Below, piece after piece: positions 56,888 through 64,000 of a DNA stretch of 64,000 nt. This stretch comes from a virus (taxonomy: Duplodnaviria; Caudoviricetes). Location: the IMG/VR virus record IMGVR_UViG_3300031992_000038, positions 1 to 64,000 of that record. One strand, 5' to 3'. A program made the translations under genes and the position numbers. The notes under the pieces were generated by a model. The model had not been told where the DNA came from and did no database searches. It saw only the letters and a list, made by a program, of their open reading frames with translations. Each line of letters begins with the position of its first letter. Position 1 is the stretch's first letter.

Positions 56888-57775
56888 ATGACAGACTACA
56901 CTGAAATATTCGAGAAGGCCGGCGAGATGATGGACAAGGCACGCAAACTGTACGGAGAAGGAAACATCACCGGCGGAAACAAGGCCCGAGAGGAGGCCAA
57001 CCGGATGTACGAGTCGGCCGAACGATACGCAAACTCAGACGACGGGAAGCTTACCGCGCTTTACGGCGAGAACCGAAACTTCGGGATAGTGATGCGCGTG
57101 CTGCGCGAAAACGTCAGCAACGGAAACATCGGGGACAAGCACATCAGGAAACTGATACGGGAGTCACTCGGCGCAATCAAGTCAGACCCGGCGCTCAAGG
57201 CCGAGGCCGCCATGTACATGGCGCTCACCGAGTCATCGGACGTGAAGGACAGCGCGGCATACGTGGAGAGAGCGCTCTCGCTTACCGACGGTTTCAGGGC
57301 GCGCGAACTGCGAGAGGCGAACGAACGACTGATAAGGATACTTCAGGAGAACAGGGCGGACGAGTACGTAAACATCCCGGACCGAGACATCGAGATGTAC
57401 GACATAATCGAGTCCGCCATGCTGACACGCAAAGACCCGTCGCGCATCAACGAGTACATCGAAGACCGAGGCAAACTGGCCGAGGCGCTGATCACTGACG
57501 ACGAGGAGAACGGACTGACTGACGACGAGGAGAAACTGATCGAAGACGTCCTCGGCGACGGAGGAAACACGGAGGAAATCTACAACGGAACGAAGGAAGA
57601 AGCGCTCGAGTCCGTCAAGAGGGTATCCGAGCAATCCGGACAGGACGCTGAAACACGCGACAAGCTCAACTCAATCTACGAGGACATCATATCCAAGGAG
57701 TTCCGTCCGGGTTTTGACGCCCTCAAGGACATCGCCGAATTCGTCGAGATAAAAAATGTCATCGACGGACAATAA
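56888..57775 (+). CDS. Hypothetical head-cluster protein
   Basis: Acidic helical ORF after the portal; TATTTAT at 56855. Confidence 0.75.
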   Translation: MTDYTEIFEKAGEMMDKARKLYGEGNITGGNKAREEANRMYESAERYANSDDGKLTALYGENRNFGIVMRVLRENVSNGNIGDKHIRKLIRESLGAIKSDPALKAEAAMYMALTESSDVKDSAAYVERALSLTDGFRARELREANERLIRILQENRADEYVNIPDRDIEMYDIIESAMLTRKDPSRINEYIEDRGKLAEALITDDEENGLTDDEEKLIEDVLGDGGNTEEIYNGTKEEALESVKRVSEQSGQDAETRDKLNSIYEDIISKEFRPGFDALKDIAEFVEIKNVIDGQ

Positions 57776-57798
57776 CAACACACATCAAACAACTGACC

Positions 57799-58266
57799 AT
57801 GACAATAACCGTAGACCGCAAATACAAGATGTCCACATACACCATATCGAACCTGTTCATAGACGGGGAATGGTTCTGCAACGTGGTGGAGGACAAAGAC
57901 AGGGGACTCAAGCAGTCCATGAAACCTGACGAGATAAAGAAAATCAAGAAAAAGGACGTGACAGCAATACCCGCCGGAACGTACAACGTGACGATCAATG
58001 TTCCGTCACCGAAATTCTCGACAAAAGCGTTCTACAAGACACACGCCAACGGAGGCAGAGTGCCGAGGATTCTCGACGTGCCCGGTTTCGACGGCATACT
58101 GATACACTGCGGAAGCAACGCCACACACAGTTCAGGTTGCCTCATCGTAGGGTACAACAAGATAAAAGGAGGTGTCACTGACTCACAGACCGTTTTCAAG
58201 GCGTTGTACAAGAAGATGTTAGAAGCAGCAAATAAGGGCGAAAAAATAACCATCAAGATAGGTTAA
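57799..58266 (+). CDS. DUF5675-like protein (putative peptidoglycan-active, L,D-transpeptidase-like)
   Basis: TAIPAGTY and GILIHCG....SSGCLIVG. Confidence 0.75.
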   Translation: MTITVDRKYKMSTYTISNLFIDGEWFCNVVEDKDRGLKQSMKPDEIKKIKKKDVTAIPAGTYNVTINVPSPKFSTKAFYKTHANGGRVPRILDVPGFDGILIHCGSNATHSSGCLIVGYNKIKGGVTDSQTVFKALYKKMLEAANKGEKITIKIG

Positions 58267-58290
58267 AGGGTCTATACAACTTAACGAGGA

Positions 58291-58324
58291 AAATCCACCG
58301 ACGGTTCGCACTATCGGTGGATTT
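58291..58324. terminator. Hairpin downstream of target 3
   Basis: AAATCCACCGA...TCGGTGGATTT with a GCGA loop on the minus strand. Confidence 0.7.
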
Positions 58325-58373
58325 CCTTTATGTATTATGTGCATTTTTCAAAACTAAGGAGACACGCAGAATG

Positions 58374-59501
58374 TCAAATGTCAAAAGCCGCGAACGCTCT
58401 CACGCGAAGGCGTTGATTGCCAAAGTCTTCGCCCTTAAGTCTATTGAACACGTTGCCATTGAGTTCGAGGCTCCACGCGGCTTCTGCATCGCACTCTGAG
58501 GAAGACCAACACGCAAGCCCCAAAGAATTGCTGTCATTCGTGAGGTCTCCGAACTGAACGGCTGAGTCACCAAGAGCAGTGAGCGACTCGTTTATCTTCT
58601 TAACTCTTGTGTACAGGTAACCCAATTCTCCGAGCGCTGGCAGGTACCATTGATTTTGCTCTGTCCCAATTGTGCTGAACAGGTGGCACGCGAACGCTGC
58701 GGGATAGTTCGCCGCATCGTTAGCGAATGCGCCGCTTGAATAGGTGTCCTTGATTGCTGACAGGTTGACAAGCACTTCTGTGTTCGCCTTGCCGTCCATG
58801 TCTGCTAGCGCCTGGCCCGCTGTGAGGTACGATGGGTTCTGAGAGCCGTCTGAAGCATAGGGGGAGATGGCGAATGGTGGCTCGTATGGACCATCCCATG
58901 GGTCTTCGCCCTCACCGATTTCAGACCACCAAGAGGTCTCGGTGTCCACCGTGTTGTCAATGACGGTTATGGGATATGTGCCATTACCGATTATCTCAAT
59001 CGTCGACATGCCCTTGTATAGGTCGCTCGGGAAGTGCCGATTACCTCTTGATGTCTGCCCGTCACTGAACATTAAGCTTTGGTAATTCGTCAGTCCTGCG
59101 ACATCCGTACCTCCCACACCCCACCTAAAGTTCGTGCCGTTGGTCACTGCGTTATCGTTGCCTGTTCCGAGCGTTCCTTCCTGCGGTGTGACATACGACA
59201 TGTTGCACAGAGACATGCCCCTACACTTTCCGTCAGGCATGTGCGACGCGGGGATAACAACCACCGCCACAGGCGTTCCGAGAGAAGCGTTCCATTCATC
59301 CTTGCTTGTCGCATTCAGCGTTCCGTTGCTCTCAGCATAGATGATTGAACCCGGAATGTTCTTGTAATCAATGACGGCCACCTTGTTGTATGTCACCGTG
59401 GTATCCGCGGTGATGTAGCCGACCCAAGGTTCATTGTACCCTTCGCCGTTATAGACAGCGTCATGGGCGGATTTTGTATCAAATAAATGCAAATAAGCCA
59501 T
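58374..59501 (-). CDS. DUF1566/CLec-like protein, putative DGR target 3
   Basis: Close paralogue; WSSSE...RVRAFAAFDI; TATTTAT at 59526-59532. Confidence 0.8.
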   Translation of the reverse strand: MAYLHLFDTKSAHDAVYNGEGYNEPWVGYITADTTVTYNKVAVIDYKNIPGSIIYAESNGTLNATSKDEWNASLGTPVAVVVIPASHMPDGKCRGMSLCNMSYVTPQEGTLGTGNDNAVTNGTNFRWGVGGTDVAGLTNYQSLMFSDGQTSRGNRHFPSDLYKGMSTIEIIGNGTYPITVIDNTVDTETSWWSEIGEGEDPWDGPYEPPFAISPYASDGSQNPSYLTAGQALADMDGKANTEVLVNLSAIKDTYSSGAFANDAANYPAAFACHLFSTIGTEQNQWYLPALGELGYLYTRVKKINESLTALGDSAVQFGDLTNDSNSLGLACWSSSECDAEAAWSLELNGNVFNRLKGEDFGNQRLRVRAFAAFDI

Positions 59502-59644
59502 TTCTTAAGTAATGTTTGTCTTTACATAAATAGCAGTACCATTTTCAGTAACCAACGAAACGGTCGAAACTAAGACTCCCCTGTTTTAATGAATTTTAAC
59601 ATTAAAAAATTTGTTTCATCCGTAAATTTTACTATCTTTGCGGC

Positions 59645-59950
59645 ATGAAAGAGAAGAAGATATTATTCATCACCGACCGCCACCAAAACTGTTGGATATG
59701 CGAACTGAACAGCGTGAAGTCCGGACTTATACTTACCGACGCCGACTACTCCGTGTCCACCGGTGTGATGACGCTGCATGACCCTCCTCAGGCGATTGAG
59801 AACGAGTCAAACGCCAACGTCAGGGAGGCGACCGAACAGGAAAGGACGATGTTCTTGAGAATAAAGGACAGCAATGCTGTCATTGAGCGAGACGAGTCAA
59901 CCGGAAAGGAGAACAACGAAAAGACTGAAACGAATGGACAAGACAAATGA
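59645..59950 (+). CDS. Hypothetical protein
   Basis: ATG 5 nt after TATCTTTG (59633-59640); possibly leaderless. Confidence 0.6.
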   Translation: MKEKKILFITDRHQNCWICELNSVKSGLILTDADYSVSTGVMTLHDPPQAIENESNANVREATEQERTMFLRIKDSNAVIERDESTGKENNEKTETNGQDK

Positions 59951-60809
59951 CATCATAGGGGCGTGCTACCCCGGCGGGTACATACGCCAATGCGACTGTG
60001 CCGACCTGATGGACAGCATGATAGAACGCGGGGACAAGGTCGACCTCATCGTCACGTCACCGCCGTATGACGATCTGAGGACATACGGAGACGTCGCGAT
60101 ATGGAACTTCGACAAGTTCATGGACCGCGCATTGAAGATGGGTGATGTGCTCAATGACGGAGGAGTGCTTGTGTGGGTCGTCGGAGACGCCACCGTGAAG
60201 GGCGGGGAGACAGGCACGTCATTCAGGCAGGCGCTGTTCTTCATGGACGCCGTCGGGTTGAAACTGCACGACACAATGATATACGAGAAGAACTCGTCCA
60301 CATTCCCGGCGAAAAGGACGGGCAACCGATACACGCAGATTTTCGAATACATGTTCGTTTTTGTGAAGGGGAAAAAACCGCGTGTGGCCAATCTGATATG
60401 TGACAAGGCCAACAAATGGGCCGGGCACACGTCTTGGGGCGACCAGATCATATATGAGGTGGACGGCACCCGCAGCAACCTCGGCAAGACCAAACCGGTG
60501 CCGGACTTCAGTCCGCGCACAAACATATGGAAGTACACCGTCGGGTTCAACGGGAGGAAGGGGCATCCGGCACAATTCCCGGACCGGCTCGCCCTTGACC
60601 ATATACTAACGTGGACGAACGAGGGGGACACCGTTTTCGACCCGTTCCTCGGAAGCGGGACAACGGCAATCGCCGCCATCAGGAGCGGCCGCAGGTTTAT
60701 CGGGAGCGAGACAAACCCCGAATATTTCGAGATATGCAAGAAGTACATCAGTGCCGAATATGACAAGATGAAAACGGATTCTGACGCGAATACAGTTAAA
60801 AACTGTTAA
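59934..60809 (+). CDS. N4/N6 DNA methyltransferase (beta class)
   Basis: VTSPPYD, HPAQFP, FDPFLGSGTT. Confidence 0.92.
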   Translation: MDKTNDIIGACYPGGYIRQCDCADLMDSMIERGDKVDLIVTSPPYDDLRTYGDVAIWNFDKFMDRALKMGDVLNDGGVLVWVVGDATVKGGETGTSFRQALFFMDAVGLKLHDTMIYEKNSSTFPAKRTGNRYTQIFEYMFVFVKGKKPRVANLICDKANKWAGHTSWGDQIIYEVDGTRSNLGKTKPVPDFSPRTNIWKYTVGFNGRKGHPAQFPDRLALDHILTWTNEGDTVFDPFLGSGTTAIAAIRSGRRFIGSETNPEYFEICKKYISAEYDKMKTDSDANTVKNC

Positions 60810-60855
60810 TGTACTTGCACAATTCATATTTTTTTATTACCTTTGCGAATAAACT

Positions 60856-62579
60856 ATGAAATATAAAGCGATGAACAGAAGACTTGGTACAACAATCAGC
60901 ACGAGCCGTGCGCTCATCGAGGCCGGTGTCGACGCACAGACTGCCGACATGAAGTGGTCGGTTGTTGACGGCGAGTGGGACCTGGCTCCGCTACATCACG
61001 TGTTCAACGTGAAGTCGGAGTCATACAAGAGCGGCAAGGCATATCCGGCGTGGTCATGGGACTGTCTCTTCTCCATGCTGCCGACCGCAATAACGATAAA
61101 GAACAAGAACGGCAACCTCTGCAACTGCAGACTGTCTGTCGTGCGCAACGGCACTGAGATAGTCGAGCACAGGTACATGCCGATACAGCAGACAGACCCT
61201 GACGAGTTCTGTGAGAAGACATGTTCCCATCCCATTCCTGTCGAGTCTGCCGCAGAGATGGTAATTTGGTTACACAAACGTGCGGATGAAGATACAGACG
61301 GCAGAAAATAACAACGGAAAGTTTGTCGCACGCTTCAAACCGTGCGCGGTGTGCAAATGGCGAACAATCATGACGCCAGATCACACGCAGGCGATGGAGT
61401 TTGACACTGCCGAAGACGCACGAATACACATAAAACAAACATATACATGGAAAAGGTTAATAAGAAACTTAATGCAAAAAATAAAATAGTATGCGAATTG
61501 AACTCCAAGTTCTATGTGTTCGGGCTGGGCGGAACACCTGCCGGCGAGAAGTACGCGTACAGTGCATACAAAGTAAACGAAAACAACAACAAAGAGTATT
61601 ATTTCTCCATTGAAAGCGTAAACAGTGACAAGACTGTCACATTCAACGGAAAGAAATACTCCGACACCGGGTCATTGATCAAGGCCGTTGACGAATACAA
61701 CTCGTCATTAAAGTATCCGATCGCCACTTACGACCCAATGCTCTCTGACCATTGGAGGATGGAGGAACGGGTGCTGTCCTATCTGAAGGACACTGTCGGT
61801 TTCAAGGCACATTCTGACGGTGAGTACGGGTACAGCGACTACGTGCTCGAGACGTCGAACGGGAACAGATTCATGACACTCGGATTGTCACGCACGAGCG
61901 ACAAAGACACCATCCGCGTGTCGTTGGACGGAAAGACCAGCATGATATTCGAGATTACCGACGAGGACTCCGCAATCAGGACAATAAACGTGTTCCTTAT
62001 GTCTTCATGCGCAAGCGCAATCAAAATGGCGACAGACGTGAGCGGTTCGCTTTTTGAGGGATTCGCAATGGACGACAACATCAAGGAGTTCGACGGGTCA
62101 ATTCGATGCTTCCTCGACGGCGGATACGACCCGAGGGAAAAAGTGCTCAAACAACTTGAGGATGCGGCGGAGGCAATCCGTGAAAGTCTAAAACGGGAGT
62201 CTGAACGATGAGCGGAGGGGCGTACGATTACATACAATGCCGTCTTGACGAGGTTGTCGGTCGTATGGTCAAGGAGATATCGCTGTTCGGAAAGACGCTT
62301 ACGCAGCAAGACTATGACCGTCTTGACGAATCCGACAAATGGTGGCATGAGGTGGGAGAACCGCTCGGAAACATAACGTCGGAGGAAGCGCTCAAACGCT
62401 TCCGCGAGTGCGCCGAGATAGTGGCGAAGGCCCGAATAGCGATTGAACGCGCCGACTACCTTGTGAGCGGTGATGACAGTGACGATTCTTTCGTCAAACG
62501 ATATGACGAGGAAATGGACGCCCTCGGCAAGTCCATGGCGGACGGTTCGTTCTTCAACCCCGAAAAGTATTTCGACTGA
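60856..62579 (+). CDS. Four hypothetical genes (60856..61311, 61286..61489, 61447..62211, 62208..62579)
   Basis: Overlapping ATG ORFs after TACCTTTG at 60838. Confidence 0.65.
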
Positions 62580-62653
62580 TAAAAGTTTTTTTGCACTTTT
62601 TATTTTCCCGTGTTCATAAAATTTTGTATCTTTGTGGAAAATTTGTAGCAAAC

Positions 62654-63463
62654 ATGGAGAAATACATCAAGACAAACCTGAGGTGGCCGGGCGGAAAATC
62701 CCGTATGATGAAGATACTGAAGAATTATCTGCCGGAACGCATCGACAAATACTATGAGACATTTGTCGGTGGAGGGAGCGTAATGCTGTACATAACGCAG
62801 GCTTACCGTCCGTCGGTGAACATCGCCAATGACATAGACGAGTCCCTCATCAACTATTACAGATCCATCAAGGAAGACCCGTCCGGGGTGATGGAGAAGT
62901 GCATGAGCATAAAGGAGAAGTACGGTCCTGACGAGTTCAAAGAAGTGTTCCGAACCCTCGACAGAAACACCGCACACGGTTTTTTCATCTACAACAAGTC
63001 GTCTTTCTCCGGTATCGGCAGGAATTTCTCCCGTCTGGCGTACATAAGGAATTTCAGCGTTCAGTCAATAAACAAGATTTCTGACGTGTCCGGTGTGATA
63101 CAGGACGTGGATTTCATATGCGCAGACTATCAGGACATCGGAGACCTCGACGGGTTTTTCATATACATGGATCCGCCATATTACGAGAACAGCAGCAAAG
63201 GACTCTACGGCGAGCACGGAAACCTGCACAAGGGGTTCGACCATGACAGGATGTTCGAATGGGTGGAACGGATGTCAAAGAGGAACAAAATCATGATAAG
63301 CTACGACAATTCAGAATATGTCAGGTCAATGTACAAGGGCTATCACATACACGACTTCGACTTCGTGTACTCAATGACAAACACCGGCGGGAACCTGTGC
63401 AAGACAGGAAAAGAAATCGTCATAACAAACTATGATGTCAGAAACAATGAGACTCTTCAATAA
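62654..63463 (+). CDS. Dam-like DNA adenine methyltransferase
   Basis: LRWPGGKSR, ETFVGGGSV, YMDPPY. Confidence 0.92.
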   Translation: MEKYIKTNLRWPGGKSRMMKILKNYLPERIDKYYETFVGGGSVMLYITQAYRPSVNIANDIDESLINYYRSIKEDPSGVMEKCMSIKEKYGPDEFKEVFRTLDRNTAHGFFIYNKSSFSGIGRNFSRLAYIRNFSVQSINKISDVSGVIQDVDFICADYQDIGDLDGFFIYMDPPYYENSSKGLYGEHGNLHKGFDHDRMFEWVERMSKRNKIMISYDNSEYVRSMYKGYHIHDFDFVYSMTNTGGNLCKTGKEIVITNYDVRNNETLQ

Positions 63464-63674
63464 AACGGCGCTCAGAACCTCAGTGGCAGCGGTGGCGGTA
63501 GCGGCCGCGGCACTGCTGACGTCATGCGAGCGCGGAAGCAGTAACGGATACACCGTTGTGCACAGGACGGCGTACTGGGACTGTCTGAAACTGAACGACA
63601 GCACCATACTCTGCATACCAACTGCCGAGATGGGAGACAGCGGAATGTCGCCTACATTGCTGATAGTGAAATAA
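63447..63674 (+). CDS. Small lipoprotein
   Basis: Hydrophobic stretch followed by LTS-C lipobox. Confidence 0.65.
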   Translation: MRLFNKTALRTSVAAVAVAAAALLTSCERGSSNGYTVVHRTAYWDCLKLNDSTILCIPTAEMGDSGMSPTLLIVK

Positions 63675-63696
63675 CAGACAAAACAAGATACGGAAA

Positions 63697-64000
63697 ATGA
63701 TATATGTCGGATATCAGGGAATAGGAAAGTCCACATTGTGCCGAAAACACGGCGAATGCGTCGATCTGGAAAGCTCAGTCTTTTTCGTGGACGGAAAAAG
63801 ACATCCGGAATGGTACAAGGTATATGCCCGCATGGCGGAGCACCTGTCCGCACAGGGGAAGACCGTGTTCACTTCGTCACACAAACAGGTCCGCCAGTAC
63901 ATGAACGACAGCGGCATAGCATTCACGGCGGTCACGCCGGCGCCAAGTCTCAAGGACGCATGGACGGAGAAACTGCGCGTCAGATACGAGTCAAGCGGCA
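63697..64000 (+). CDS. P-loop NTPase/kinase (partial; runs off the window)
   Basis: MIYVGYQGIGKSTL. Confidence 0.7.
   Translation, partial: MIYVGYQGIGKSTLCRKHGECVDLESSVFFVDGKRHPEWYKVYARMAEHLSAQGKTVFTSSHKQVRQYMNDSGIAFTAVTPAPSLKDAWTEKLRVRYESSG

Noticed and set aside
25343-59501. DGR reverse transcriptase or template repeat inside the window
   Set aside because: No RT motif ORF and no AAC-rich non-coding copy of the variable region was seen.
752-60766. Long antisense ORFs (e.g. 752..1495, 12817..13692, 14169..15155, 59966..60766)
   Set aside because: They are shadows of GC3-rich real genes on the opposite strand and carry no motifs.
1-64000. Stop-codon reassignment as in Lak or some crAss-like phages
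   Set aside because: Core genes are full length in code 11, and TAG terminates the portal gene (56843) and 44139 normally.

Overview
A 64-kb segment of a T4-like jumbo myophage genome in the standard genetic code. The host is most likely Bacteroidota, judged from repeated TAnnTTTG promoters and Bacteroidota-type lipoproteins. Head genes: gp21-like prohead protease, acidic core/scaffold protein, terminase large subunit and gp20-like portal. Metabolic and proteostasis genes: ClpX, ClpC-like ATPase, dNMP kinase, ThyX and UvrD. There are also four DNA methyltransferases and a type IIG-like restriction-modification fusion. Main observations: (1) A stand-alone, catalytically intact but divergent Cas12a with an 11-repeat array. 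Its repeat stem has covaried, and two spacers hit the same coding site in two fully synonymous alleles. (2) About 11 unrelated cargo proteins share an N-terminal IxL(S/T)E...I(V/I)xE(S/A)V leader, usually behind a TATTTAT promoter-like motif; the cargo includes kinase-like, ART-like/AEP and ArdC-like domains. An intact IS1595 element and a second IS remnant carry exactly this promoter+leader cassette with different cargo. (3) Three dispersed paralogous genes have C-terminal variation resembling DGR adenine mutagenesis, but no RT or template repeat lies in the window. (4) A likely -1 frameshift at an A9 run extends the core/scaffold protein. (5) An ArfA/BrfA-like small ORF reads through a terminator. 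(6) A chimeric ORF carries the Gol-equivalent segment of a major capsid protein. All family assignments rest on motifs recognised by eye; no searches were run.
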